Shown here in pieces: positions 50,763 to 60,872 of a DNA stretch of 64,000 nt (position 1 is its first letter; each line of letters opens with the position of its first letter). The notes under the pieces were generated by a model. That model was given only the letters and a program-made list of their open reading frames with translations, did no database searches and was not told the DNA's origin. The translations under genes were made by a program, and so were the position numbers. This DNA is from Candidatus Nanopelagicaceae bacterium (GTDB lineage: Bacteria > Actinomycetota > Actinomycetes > Nanopelagicales > Nanopelagicaceae). The stretch lies in contig CANHNH010000001.1 of NCBI GenBank assembly GCA_947461995.1, positions 14,913-78,912 on the forward strand, in the 5' to 3' direction.

Positions 50763-51889
50763 TAGTGAACCCTCGCGGTAACCGGGTATTTTTGCATCAA
50801 TTCAATAAAGCGATCGAATAGATAACTCGCATCATGAGGTCCTGCTGCTGCTTCTGGGTGATATTGAACGCTGAAAGCTCCTCGTTCCAAAAGCTGTAAG
50901 CCTTCTACCACCCCATCATTGAGTGAAACATGTGTTACTTCACCCGTACCGAATACAGTAGAAAAAACTCCATCAGTTGGCGCCTTTAAAGCAAAACCAT
51001 GATTGTGTGCGGTAATTTCAACCTTATTGGTTTTTTTATCAATTACGGGTTGATTAATTCCACGATGTCCAAATTGCAATTTATACGTTTCAAAGCCAAG
51101 GGCTCTACCCAATATCTGATGACCAAAACAAATTCCGAAAATCGGGATTTGGGCCAAAAGGATCTCACGTACTAAATCAATAACCGAACTCATAGTCGCA
51201 GGATCGCCAGGACCATTTGAGAGAAAAACTCCATCTGGATTTATTGCATTTATCTGATCAAAAGTGCTGTTATATGGCATCACATGCGTTTCTACGCCTC
51301 GCTGCGCTAATGCACGCGGCGTAGCACCCTTTATTCCAAGATCAATTGCAGCCACAGTGAATTTCTTTATTCCATTGGCAGGAATGACATACGTTTGCTT
51401 CGTGGAAACATCTTCGCTGAGATAGGAACCTGACATTTGAGGCTGCTTGCGCACTTCAATAACCATTTCTTCACGAGAAAGATTTTTGCCTGAAAAAATT
51501 CCAACACGCATAGCCCCACGGTCGCGAAGATGTCTTGTTAGCGCTCGGGTATCCACACCTGAAATACCGACAATTTTCTGAGCAATTAATTCGGCTTCGA
51601 GTGAGTTCTCGCTTCTCCAATTACTTGTTACAGGCGATGGATTGCGAACAACAAAACCTGATACCCAGATTTTCTTGGATTCATTGTCCTCTGTGTTCAT
51701 GCCTGTATTGCCTATATGTGGCGCAGTCATGACAACGACCTGCTTATGATACGAAGGGTCAGTTAAAGTTTCTTGATAACCAGTCATACCGGTTTGAAAT
51801 ACAGCTTCGCCAAAAGTAACACCTTCAAATGCCCAGGAAGACCCCTCAAATACTCTTCCATCATCTAGCACCAAAAAAGCTTTGCTCAT
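50762..51889 (-). CDS. carA: Carbamoyl-phosphate synthase small subunit
   Basis: [30 protein letters not shown]. Confidence 0.98.
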   Translation of the reverse strand: MSKAFLVLDDGRVFEGSSWAFEGVTFGEAVFQTGMTGYQETLTDPSYHKQVVVMTAPHIGNTGMNTEDNESKKIWVSGFVVRNPSPVTSNWRSENSLEAELIAQKIVGISGVDTRALTRHLRDRGAMRVGIFSGKNLSREEMVIEVRKQPQMSGSYLSEDVSTKQTYVIPANGIKKFTVAAIDLGIKGATPRALAQRGVETHVMPYNSTFDQINAINPDGVFLSNGPGDPATMSSVIDLVREILLAQIPIFGICFGHQILGRALGFETYKLQFGHRGINQPVIDKKTNKVEITAHNHGFALKAPTDGVFSTVFGTGEVTHVSLNDGVVEGLQLLERGAFSVQYHPEAAAGPHDASYLFDRFIELMQKYPVTARVH

Positions 51890-53187
51890 GAATTATTCTC
51901 CGTGAGCAAATGTGCGTCTAGCAAAGTAGGCACTCCTTTAAAGAAAGTCTCAGAAACAACACCAGGTAATTCCATCCCATGAAATGGAGTATTGCGACTA
52001 CGAGAGGCTACTAAGTCGCGGTCTACTCTCCAACTAACACTCGGGTCGAATACCGTGAGATTAGCCATTTCTCCGATTTTGAATTCCCCACCTTGTTGCT
52101 CATACCCGCCAATTCGCGCAGGAGTACGCGAAAAACGCTGCGCAACACCTTTCCAATCCATCAAACCAGTTTCAACCATGGTTAATGCGACAATTGACAG
52201 AGCTGTTTCTAAACCCAACATGCCAAAGGCTGCTTGCTGCCATTCGCACTCCTTATTCTCTGCCGAATGCGGGGCATGATCTGTTGCAACTATGTCTATC
52301 ACACCTTCGGCTAATGCCTCGCGTAAGGCTTGCACATCTTTGACTGTACGTAATGGGGGGTTAACTTTATAAACAGGATCATAGGAAGTAGCTAGATCAT
52401 CTGTAAGTAACAAGTGATGCGGCGTAACTTCTGCAGTTACATTGATACCGCGAGCTTTCGCCCAGCGAATAATTTCAACTCCACCGGCTGTAGTTACGTG
52501 ACATATGTGTAATCGAGATTGCACATGATCTGCCAATAAAACATCTCGAGCGATAATGGCTTCTTCTGCAACCGCGGGCCAACCTTTTAGGCCCAGAACC
52601 GATGAAACAATTCCCTCATTCATTTGCGCGTCAATGGTTAAATTTGGATCTTGCGCATGTTGAGCAATTACTCCGTTGAATTTCTTCACGTATTCAAGTG
52701 CTCGGCGCATTACTTGAGGATTAGAAACACAGTGTCCATCATCGCTGAAAATTCGTACTTGCGCAGCGCTATCGGCCATCGCACCTATCTCAGCCAATTC
52801 TGAACCGTCTAAATTTTTTGTTACTGCTCCTATAGGGAATACATCACACAATCCAGCTTCTGCACCTAACCGAAAAACCTGTTCAACAACACCAGCTGTA
52901 TCTGCAACAGGGGAAGTATTTGGCATTGCCGACAGCGCTGTGAAGCCACCTTTAGCAGCTGCGCTGGACGCAGACAAAACAGTTTCCGAGTCTTCTTTGC
53001 CTGGTTCGCGCACATGAGTATGCAGGTCTACTAAACCAGGCAAAACAATTTTACCTGTTGCGTCTATAACTACCGCTTTACTACCTGCTGGATTCTCAAA
53101 ACCTGCAATTTTGCCATCAGTAATGTAGAGATCCTTGCGCGTTCCATCATCTAATGTCGCACCCGAAATAAAGAAAGTTTTGCTCAT
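51886..53187 (-). CDS. pyrC: Dihydroorotase
   Basis: [24 protein letters not shown]. Confidence 0.96.
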   Translation of the reverse strand: MSKTFFISGATLDDGTRKDLYITDGKIAGFENPAGSKAVVIDATGKIVLPGLVDLHTHVREPGKEDSETVLSASSAAAKGGFTALSAMPNTSPVADTAGVVEQVFRLGAEAGLCDVFPIGAVTKNLDGSELAEIGAMADSAAQVRIFSDDGHCVSNPQVMRRALEYVKKFNGVIAQHAQDPNLTIDAQMNEGIVSSVLGLKGWPAVAEEAIIARDVLLADHVQSRLHICHVTTAGGVEIIRWAKARGINVTAEVTPHHLLLTDDLATSYDPVYKVNPPLRTVKDVQALREALAEGVIDIVATDHAPHSAENKECEWQQAAFGMLGLETALSIVALTMVETGLMDWKGVAQRFSRTPARIGGYEQQGGEFKIGEMANLTVFDPSVSWRVDRDLVASRSRNTPFHGMELPGVVSETFFKGVPTLLDAHLLTENNS

Positions 53188-54134
53188 GCCAATGCCCCTG
53201 ATTCAATTCCTTCACCTGTTAAGAGCGTATACAGAATTGCCATTCGCACACTTACGCCATTGCTTACTTGCTCAACAATGACTGACCTCGCACTATCTGC
53301 GACATCTGCGGTTATTTCTAATCCACGATTCATTGGGCCTGGATGCATGATTATGGAGTTTTTCTTCATCCTTTTGACCCTATCCGTGTTCAAACCAAAA
53401 TATCTAGAGTATTCACGAGCATTCGGAAAATAGAGTTCGTTCATTCTTTCACTTTGAACCCGCAGCATCATGATGGCGTCAATATCAGGTATCACTTCAT
53501 CTAAATCATAAGAAATGCTTGTGGGCCAACTATCTACTCCGACAGGAAGAAGTGTGGGAGGAGCAACGAGAGTTACTTTAGCTCCAAGCTTGGAAAGCAA
53601 TAAAACATTTGACCGAGCTACTCGTGAATGTAAAATGTCTCCAACAATTGCAACATGGATTCCTTGCAAATTTTTTGTTCCATGCATTAAATGTTTGCGA
53701 AGTGTGTAAGCGTCCAGTAGTGCCTGACTTGGATGTTCATGAGTACCGTCACCAGCATTGATCACAGTTCCAGACATCCACTGAGAAGTTGCTAGCCTGT
53801 GTGCAGCCCCCGACGCTTGATGGCGAATAATTACCGCATCGGCGCCCATTGCCTGAAGTGTTTGAGCGGTGTCTTTAAGTGATTCGCCTTTGCTGACACT
53901 AGATCCCTTTGCACTGAAATTGATCACATCTGCCGATAAGCGTTTTGCCGCAGCTTCAAAAGAGATTCGAGTGCGCGTGGAGTCTTCGGCAAAAAGATTT
54001 ACTATCGTGCGACCGCGAAGTGTTGGTAGTTTCTTCATCGGCGCATCCGAAACTCGTGCTAACTCGGTGGCTGTATCTAAAATAGCGACGGCTTCGGATT
54101 GTGTTAGATCATTTATTGAGAGTAGGTGCCTCAC
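53184..54134 (-). CDS. pyrB: Aspartate carbamoyltransferase catalytic subunit
   Basis: [16 protein letters not shown]. Confidence 0.97.
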   Translation of the reverse strand: MRHLLSINDLTQSEAVAILDTATELARVSDAPMKKLPTLRGRTIVNLFAEDSTRTRISFEAAAKRLSADVINFSAKGSSVSKGESLKDTAQTLQAMGADAVIIRHQASGAAHRLATSQWMSGTVINAGDGTHEHPSQALLDAYTLRKHLMHGTKNLQGIHVAIVGDILHSRVARSNVLLLSKLGAKVTLVAPPTLLPVGVDSWPTSISYDLDEVIPDIDAIMMLRVQSERMNELYFPNAREYSRYFGLNTDRVKRMKKNSIIMHPGPMNRGLEITADVADSARSVIVEQVSNGVSVRMAILYTLLTGEGIESGALA

Positions 54135-54667
54135 AGCACACCTGCTTTACCGATAATTACTTCATCTGTTCCATCAATTTCACTCAGGTGAACTTTGACT
54201 GATTGCTCAAGGGATGTTGGTAAATTTTTTCCAACATAATCAGCTCTGATGGGTAATTCACGATGACCCCGATCCACAAGTACCGCCAACTGGACTGTGC
54301 GCGGACGCCCGATTTCTCCAAGGGCATCAAGTGCGGCGCGGATTGTGCGACCTGAGAAGAAAACATCATCGATTAAGACAACATCTTTACCTTCTATGCC
54401 TGCTGGTGGGATTTTCGTTGGCATAAGCGCCCTTGGTGGACGCAGTCGAAGATCATCACGATGCATTGTGATATCTAATGTGCCAACAGAGACCGGTTTG
54501 GATTCAATGCTCTCAATAATCGATGCAATGCGAAGAGCAAGATGGGCGCCCCGTGTAGGAATTCCTAGCAATGTTAAATTATCAGAACCACCATTGCGTT
54601 CAAGAATTTCATGGGAAATGCGAGTTAAAGCTCTTGCTATATCCGCCGAAGGCAGGGCAACACTCAT
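54131..54667 (-). CDS. pyrR: Pyrimidine attenuation regulator / uracil PRTase
   Basis: [41 protein letters not shown]; ATG 54667 after AAGGAG. Confidence 0.96.
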   Translation of the reverse strand: MSVALPSADIARALTRISHEILERNGGSDNLTLLGIPTRGAHLALRIASIIESIESKPVSVGTLDITMHRDDLRLRPPRALMPTKIPPAGIEGKDVVLIDDVFFSGRTIRAALDALGEIGRPRTVQLAVLVDRGHRELPIRADYVGKNLPTSLEQSVKVHLSEIDGTDEVIIGKAGVL

Positions 54668-54673
54668 ATAAAT

Positions 54674-54710
54674 CTCCTTCCCCACCTCGCAGGATGGGTC
54701 GTTAAAGGAT
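54674..54710 (-). promoter_or_regulatory. PyrR-binding stem-loop overlapping the pyrR RBS
   Basis: Minus strand ATCCTTTAACGACCCATC-CTGCGA-GGTGGGGAAGGAGA: CUUUAA and UCCNGNGAGG elements; lower stem pairs with the SD. Confidence 0.85.
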
Positions 54711-54792
54711 GCTGGCGAATATTAGCACCAAAAATCCATACCCTGTGGATAGAAAATATCGGCGATTCATCCATGATTTAGATTACGCATAC

Positions 54793-55293
54793 ATGAACAT
54801 TCTTGTCGATAGTAAAGAGTCATCACAGCGGTTAGGCCGCGCCTTGCGTGCGCTTCGATTAGCCCGAAATTGGACATTGAATGATTTTGAAAGAGCTAGC
54901 AAAGGACAAATCAAGGCCGTTGTTCTTGGATCATATGAACGAGGATCTAGATCCATCTCTGTATTAAAACTCGAAACAATTGCAGCGATTTATGACGTAC
55001 CGATTTCAGGAATTCTCAAAGATAGCAACGATCTACCCATACTGGGTTTCAGAAATGTGATCATCGATCTACGCAAATTGCGTGATGTTCTCAAAAGTAA
55101 TCCATCAAAAAATCTTGTAAATTTGAATCTCTTTGCTTCAGGAATTATAGATTTTCGCCGAGATTGGAATGGTGAAATACTTTCTCTAAGAAATAGTGAT
55201 CTTAATTACTTGGCGATTTTGGCAACTTCTAACCCGGAGAAGATTATTGAAGAATATACGGCTGAAAAAGTGCTATTTAAAATTAAAGATTGA
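54793..55293 (+). CDS. bldD: BldD-family XRE transcriptional regulator
   Basis: LGRALRALR..KAVVLGSYERGSR HTH; IIDLRKL..RRDWNGEILSLRNSDL; pyrR-bldD-nusB-efp synteny. Confidence 0.85.
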   Translation: MNILVDSKESSQRLGRALRALRLARNWTLNDFERASKGQIKAVVLGSYERGSRSISVLKLETIAAIYDVPISGILKDSNDLPILGFRNVIIDLRKLRDVLKSNPSKNLVNLNLFASGIIDFRRDWNGEILSLRNSDLNYLAILATSNPEKIIEEYTAEKVLFKIKD

Positions 55294-55705
55294 GATCTTG
55301 GCGAATGGACGCAATGCGACCAAGTACTCCGTGAATATAACCTGAGGATTCATCAGTCGATAGCTCTTTTGCAAGCGCCAATGCCTCATCAATTGCAACC
55401 GCATCTGGTACATCGTCCTGCCATAAAATTTCAAAAATTCCAATACGAAGCACATTTCTATCTACCGCAGGCAAACGATCCATATCCCAACCTTGCGCAT
55501 ATGTTGAGATTAACTCATCAATCTTGCGCTTATGAGTATCTACACCTGAAATCAATATCTTCGTATATTCACGAATTGGTCGCGCATCTGGACCTTCTTC
55601 AATAACATCACGAAGAGCCAGCAAATCCACAGAAGCCTTCCCACGGATATCAGATTCGTATAGAAGATCTAAGGATTGTTTACGCGCTTTGCTTCGTGCA
55701 GACAC
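55283..55705 (-). CDS. nusB: Transcription antitermination factor NusB
   Basis: SARSKARK, WDMDRLPAVDRNVLR, IDEA..LAK, YIHGVLG. Confidence 0.96.
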   Translation of the reverse strand: MSARSKARKQSLDLLYESDIRGKASVDLLALRDVIEEGPDARPIREYTKILISGVDTHKRKIDELISTYAQGWDMDRLPAVDRNVLRIGIFEILWQDDVPDAVAIDEALALAKELSTDESSGYIHGVLGRIASIRQDLNL

Positions 55706-55707
55706 TT

Positions 55708-56265
55708 TTAAGCGCGACCTTGGTATGAACCATCTCTGGTGTCTACAAGAACCTTCTCATCTTGTTTAATAAATAGCGGAACCTGAATTTCAATACCAGT
55801 TTCAACCGTTGCTGGCTTAGTGCCACCCGATGATCTATCTCCTTGAATGCCTGGTTCGGTATATGTAATCGTAAGTTCTACTGAAGCTGGCAATTCGATG
55901 TAAAGCGGATTTCCCTCGTGCACAGCAACTATGGCCTCGGTATTTTCTAGCATGTAGTTGGCAGCGTCACCAACAGTTTCTGCAGAAATATTGGTTTGAT
56001 CAAAAGTTTTGTTATCCATAAAAACGAAATCTTCCCCATCTTTATATAGGAAGTTCATTTCACGTTTTTCTAAAATAGCTACCTCAATCTTCACTCCAGC
56101 ATTAAATGTTTTGTCTACAACTTTACCTGTTAAAACAGACTTCAATTTAGTGCGAACGAATGCGGGTCCCTTACCAGGCTTAACGTGCTGAAACTCAACA
56201 ACGTTCCATAGTTGACCTTCGATATCAAGAGTCATGCCATTCTTCAGATCATTTGTTGTTGCCAC
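55708..56265 (-). CDS. efp: Elongation factor P
   Basis: [31 protein letters not shown]. Confidence 0.97.
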   Translation of the reverse strand: MATTNDLKNGMTLDIEGQLWNVVEFQHVKPGKGPAFVRTKLKSVLTGKVVDKTFNAGVKIEVAILEKREMNFLYKDGEDFVFMDNKTFDQTNISAETVGDAANYMLENTEAIVAVHEGNPLYIELPASVELTITYTEPGIQGDRSSGGTKPATVETGIEIQVPLFIKQDEKVLVDTRDGSYQGRA

Positions 56266-56385
56266 TTCGATAACCACGCTTTTCTTTTATCAGGCCGACT
56301 TGGCCAGGCTGTCGGTTCCCGACAGACAAGGCTATAAGGATACCCGTTAAAGTGAGAATGAAATAATTAGGTAGAGCATCGAGAC

Positions 56386-56814
56386 TTATAAGAGTGCTTT
56401 GAGTGCGCTCATTGCCAATGCATATGAATTAGGACCAAAGCCACCAATAGTTCCGTTGGCTACTCCAGAAATTACTGACGTATGTCTAAATTCTTCACGT
56501 GCTAACGGATTTGAGAGATGTACCTCAATCAATGGCGATTTAACTAATTCTGCCGCATCACGAATTGCATACGAATAATGCGTAAATGCCGCGGGGTTGA
56601 TGATAACTGGGTGGGAATTATCGGCGGCTTCATGTAACCAGGAAATAATCTGTGCTTCATCGTCGCTTTGACGAACATCTGCTGTGAATCCATGTGCCAA
56701 AGCCGATGATTCAATTAAATTAACTAATTGGGGATAACTCATATCTCCGTAGATTGAAGAATCACGGATATCCAAACGTGAAAGATTAGGACCATTAATT
56801 ACAAGTACTTTCAT
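56386..56814 (-). CDS. aroQ: Type II 3-dehydroquinate dehydratase
   Basis: NGPNL..R....YG, INPAAFTHYS, EVHLSN, REEFRH. Confidence 0.95.
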   Translation of the reverse strand: MKVLVINGPNLSRLDIRDSSIYGDMSYPQLVNLIESSALAHGFTADVRQSDDEAQIISWLHEAADNSHPVIINPAAFTHYSYAIRDAAELVKSPLIEVHLSNPLAREEFRHTSVISGVANGTIGGFGPNSYALAMSALKALL

Positions 56815-57863
56815 GCAGATATTTTCTCATACGCATGAGCAAGTTCATCGATGCTAAGTCCTTCGATTCTTTGTGTCTTGCCAACTTGCGAAATACCAAC
56901 AAAACGGATCATCTTGCCGCGAGATTTCTTGTCAATACTCATAAATGCTAATAACTCAGCGAAGGCAGATTGATCATAGGTAGTAGGTAATCCAATTTTA
57001 CTCAATAAACGAATATGTTGGGCAACGATTGCTGCATCCAAACCACAGTGCATTTGTGAAAGATGAGCTGCGTATATCAAGCCAATAGAAATGGCTTCTC
57101 CATGGCGTAGAGAGTATTGGGAGTGCCTTTCAATGGCGTGCCCTAACGTGTGGCCGTAATTGAGAATTTCTCTTTCAAAACTCTCCTTGAAATCGGAACT
57201 AACAACACGTGCCTTTACTGCGACAGAACGTTGGATGAGTTCATTAATCATTTCATAATTATGACGATCTCGATCTAGTTCGAAATTCTCCATGATTTCT
57301 AATATTTCGGCATCTCCAATGAAACCAGTTTTTATCACTTCACTTAAACCTGCAGAGATGTCACGAGATGACAGCGTTTCCAGCCAATGCGAGTCGATAA
57401 TAACTTTTTGTGGAGAATGAAAGGAACCAATCAAATTCTTGCCATAGTCGCTATTAATTCCTGTTTTCCCACCGACAGAGGCATCAACCATTCCTGCCAA
57501 GGTAGTTGGTACAGCTATCCAATCTATCCCCCGTAACCAGGTGGCACTTAAAAATCCTGCAACATCAGTGATCGTTCCTCCGCCAATTGCAACAACTACA
57601 TCTGAGCGAGTAAAACCAGCTGCGCCCATCCAATCCCACATCTTGCCAAGATTTTGAACCGATTTTGCTGCTTCACCTTCGGGCAAAGGAAAAAAATGAA
57701 CATCACTTTCAATAGAGATCTTTGGAATGCTTTCTTTTAAAGATTGTGGGTAAAAAATAGCAATTCGTGGATACGATGAAATACTCTCAGTAAGGGCTGT
57801 AAGCCAATCCGCGCAAATTTGAACGTCATACTGATGCTCTGCTTTCACAGTGATAACGCTCAT
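56811..57863 (-). CDS. aroB: 3-dehydroquinate synthase
   Basis: GGGTITD, VDASVGGKTG, LNYGHTLGHAIE, HGEA. Confidence 0.96.
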   Translation of the reverse strand: MSVITVKAEHQYDVQICADWLTALTESISSYPRIAIFYPQSLKESIPKISIESDVHFFPLPEGEAAKSVQNLGKMWDWMGAAGFTRSDVVVAIGGGTITDVAGFLSATWLRGIDWIAVPTTLAGMVDASVGGKTGINSDYGKNLIGSFHSPQKVIIDSHWLETLSSRDISAGLSEVIKTGFIGDAEILEIMENFELDRDRHNYEMINELIQRSVAVKARVVSSDFKESFEREILNYGHTLGHAIERHSQYSLRHGEAISIGLIYAAHLSQMHCGLDAAIVAQHIRLLSKIGLPTTYDQSAFAELLAFMSIDKKSRGKMIRFVGISQVGKTQRIEGLSIDELAHAYEKISA

Positions 57864-58366
57864 GAGAGCAGTGTAACAATTGCGGTAGCGGCCTGCGTAG
57901 GAGTTAATTTATCCGTTAGAACCTGATGCTGCGCTAAAGATTCGTATACGGGGCGGCGCACATTCATTAGTTCTTGCCATTGCGCTCTGGGATTTCCTAA
58001 AAGTAATGGTCTGTCTCGATTAAATCCAACGCGAGGAGCTGCTGCTGATAGAGAAACATCAAGAAAAACTACAGGTGCGCCACTTTTCTTTATTGCATCT
58101 TGAGCGATGTTAGAAAGCGGTGCTCCTCCACCTAAGCTTAAAATTCCTGAGTGATTTTGCAATTCATCGAGTAATACATCCTCTTCAATTTTTCTAAAAT
58201 ACGGTTCACCTTTATCAACAAATATTTCGCCAATACTCTGTTTTTCTCTTTCAGATATAACTACATCTGTGTCAATAAATTTCTCACTTAGCAACCTAGC
58301 AAGAGATTTTCCAACGCTAGATTTTCCGGCTCCTGGTGGACCGATCAAAATTACACGCGGAGGCAT
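57860..58366 (-). CDS. aroK: Shikimate kinase
   Basis: GPPGAGKS, GEPYFRKIE, GGG, RPLL. Confidence 0.95.
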   Translation of the reverse strand: MPPRVILIGPPGAGKSSVGKSLARLLSEKFIDTDVVISEREKQSIGEIFVDKGEPYFRKIEEDVLLDELQNHSGILSLGGGAPLSNIAQDAIKKSGAPVVFLDVSLSAAAPRVGFNRDRPLLLGNPRAQWQELMNVRRPVYESLAQHQVLTDKLTPTQAATAIVTLLS

Positions 58367-58367
58367 A

Positions 58368-59549
58368 TTATTTAAAACGTAGATTTTCCAGGTAGGACAA
58401 ATAATTGCGCCGAGTTTCGGCGACGCTGTCTCCTCCAAATTTTTCTAATACAGCCTGGGCTAAAACAAGTGCCGCCATTGCTTCGGCAACAACTCCTGAG
58501 GCTGGCACGGCACAAACATCTGAGCGTTGATTAATTGCTTTTGCAGCTTCTCCCGTTGCAACATCAATAGTGTCTAGCGCCTTTGGAACTGTTGAAATTG
58601 GTTTCATGGCGATACTAATTCGCAATATTTCACCGTTAGACATTCCGCCTTCGGTGCCACCGGCTCGATCTGTCCTGCGCACAATTTTCCCATTTTTATT
58701 CTTTTCAATTTCATCATGCGCGAAAGAACCGCGACGAGTAGCTGTAAGAAAACCATCGCCTATTTCGACACCCTTAATTGCTTGGATACCCATCATGGCG
58801 CCTGCTAAACGTGCGTCTAAACGACGATCCCAATGCACATGAGAACCAAGTCCTGGTGGAACATCAAATACAAGAACTTCGCACACTCCCCCGAGAGTAT
58901 CCCCATCTGAGTGTGCTTTTTCAATTTCCTGAATTATAAGATCACTTGTTTTTGCATCAGCACATCGAACTGGATCTGCATCAATTCTCTCTTGATCATT
59001 CTTTGCCGGTAAAGCAGCGTCATCAGGAACACGCACACTGCCGATCGATACCACATGACTAAAGAGTGTGATTCCTACACTTTGCACAAGAAATGCGCGA
59101 GCAATGGCACCTAAGGCAACGCGTGCTGCTGTTTCTCGTGCACTTGCTCTTTCTAAAATCGGACGCGCATCTGTGAAATCATATTTTTGCATTCCAACCA
59201 TGTCAGCGTGACCAGGTCGAGGTCTTGTCAGTGGAGCATTGCGTGCTAAACCTACTAGTTCAGAATCATCAATAGGATCGGCAGACATAACTTTTTCCCA
59301 TTTAGGCCATTCAGAGTTACCGACTTCAATTGCTATCGGTCCACCTTGAGAAATTCCTAGTCGTACTCCGCCTTTAATTGTTATTTTATCGGCTTCGAAA
59401 TTTTGCCGAGCACCGCGTCCTACTCCAAGTCTGCGACGTGCTAAATCTTTATCTATATCTTTCGTAGTAATTTCTATATGTGCAGGCAGTCCTTCGACAA
59501 TAGCTGTCAGGGCTGGGCCATGTGATTCTCCTGCAGTTAGCCAGCGCAT
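58368..59549 (-). CDS. aroC: Chorismate synthase
   Basis: [28 protein letters not shown]. Confidence 0.97.
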   Translation of the reverse strand: MRWLTAGESHGPALTAIVEGLPAHIEITTKDIDKDLARRRLGVGRGARQNFEADKITIKGGVRLGISQGGPIAIEVGNSEWPKWEKVMSADPIDDSELVGLARNAPLTRPRPGHADMVGMQKYDFTDARPILERASARETAARVALGAIARAFLVQSVGITLFSHVVSIGSVRVPDDAALPAKNDQERIDADPVRCADAKTSDLIIQEIEKAHSDGDTLGGVCEVLVFDVPPGLGSHVHWDRRLDARLAGAMMGIQAIKGVEIGDGFLTATRRGSFAHDEIEKNKNGKIVRRTDRAGGTEGGMSNGEILRISIAMKPISTVPKALDTIDVATGEAAKAINQRSDVCAVPASGVVAEAMAALVLAQAVLEKFGGDSVAETRRNYLSYLENLRFK

Positions 59550-59553
59550 TGGC

Positions 59554-60018
59554 CTATTGTGGCAGAAGAAGTCCAATCGGTGCGTACATATAAAGCCCAC
59601 TCGCTAGAAATAAATCCGGGGCCATCGCTATTCGATGGGGGTATTTCCGATGCATTAATAAATATAGGGAAATATGTGCGATAAGAGCAATCCATAACGA
59701 AATAAAAAAGATTTCAATAGACCTTAACCCAGGATCAAAGAAAGCGAAAGCAAGCACGAAGAGAAGTTTTACATCACCGAACCCAATTCCCCCTGACTTA
59801 TGGAGTGCATTGCTCGCGAGATAAAGTGCTATGAAGATTACCGAGAACTCAAAAGCTGCAATGGGATGCACGTGTGAATTAGATGGCAAGAGTGAAAAGA
59901 GAAAGAGAAAACATAGGAAATACATGAGGATTCGATTTCGAATTTTATGGATTCGCAAATCTTCTATACAAATAGTAATAGCAAAGTAAACGATGAGGCC
60001 AAGACGCAATGTGGGCAT
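59554..60018 (-). CDS. Prepilin peptidase, A24 family (short form)
   Basis: Hydrophobic; EDLRIHKI and GIGFGDVKL aspartates; aroE-peptidase-aroC synteny. Confidence 0.75.
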   Translation of the reverse strand: MPTLRLGLIVYFAITICIEDLRIHKIRNRILMYFLCFLFLFSLLPSNSHVHPIAAFEFSVIFIALYLASNALHKSGGIGFGDVKLLFVLAFAFFDPGLRSIEIFFISLWIALIAHISLYLLMHRKYPHRIAMAPDLFLASGLYMYAPIGLLLPQ

Positions 60019-60058
60019 CTTTAGAGGGTAATGTTTGTAATCCCCTCTAAAAATACAA

Positions 60059-60067
60059 TGTGGATAA
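60059..60067 (-). promoter_or_regulatory. Perfect DnaA box (TTATCCACA)
   Basis: TGTGGATAA on the + strand in the aroE / prepilin peptidase spacer. Confidence 0.5.
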
Positions 60068-60071
60068 CCTA

Positions 60072-60872
60072 TTAAGCGGTTAGTTCCTGCTTCAAAAAAC
60101 TAGAAAGAACTTCTGCATCAAGATCCACGTCCGTGAACAATCTAATCTGCTCAATTCCTTGTGCAATCAAAAGGTCTAACCCACTTATGACGGGTGATCC
60201 AGTTTTCGTCCAAGCAGCGGCAAAATCAGTTGGCCAAGGGTTATAAATTACATCGAAAAATGTCCCTTCAGGCTTTACTGCTAATTTATCCGCGAAAGAA
60301 TCGAGTGCGCCTTTCGGAGTTGTATTAATGACTAGATCGGCCTCGTAGAAATCATTTGTAAATTGCCATGGTAGGAATTTCATTCTGGAATGTTCCACGC
60401 AGGACTGCATTGACACTTCACGATCAGTATTTCTATGAAGAACTAAAATTGATGTGCCTGAATCGTCAAACGCCGCCGCTGCCGCCCTGGCCGTTGCGCC
60501 AGATCCCACTATCAAAACAGATTTTGGTTTAGCAGAATTAGAAGCACTCCAAGATTGACGAAAACCTAGAACATCAGTTGAATACAAGATCCATTGATTC
60601 TCTTGCCTGACCAGTGTATTTCCGCTTTGAATTCTACTAGCTAGTGGATCGATTTTATCCGCGATTAAAAGTACTTCTTCCTTGAGAGGCATTGTCAAGG
60701 AAAAACCTGTCCACCCAGAATCCTTATCACCTAAGAAATTTCTCAGCGAACCTGCTGGAACATCAAAAGAAATATATTTACCTGAGATACTCAACAATTT
60801 GTAAGCGCTCATATGCAACAGTGGCGAGAGAGAGTGAGATATTGGAGATCCCAAAACAGCTGCATTGATCAA
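60072..60872 (-). CDS. aroE: Shikimate dehydrogenase
   Basis: GSPISHSLSP, TMPLK, GSGATA, DVIYNPWPT. Confidence 0.95.
   Translation of the reverse strand: MINAAVLGSPISHSLSPLLHMSAYKLLSISGKYISFDVPAGSLRNFLGDKDSGWTGFSLTMPLKEEVLLIADKIDPLASRIQSGNTLVRQENQWILYSTDVLGFRQSWSASNSAKPKSVLIVGSGATARAAAAAFDDSGTSILVLHRNTDREVSMQSCVEHSRMKFLPWQFTNDFYEADLVINTTPKGALDSFADKLAVKPEGTFFDVIYNPWPTDFAAAWTKTGSPVISGLDLLIAQGIEQIRLFTDVDLDAEVLSSFLKQELTA

Noticed and set aside
56309-56325. TGTCGG as a PafBC promoter element
   Set aside because: No TA 10 nt downstream on either strand; better explained as a hairpin arm
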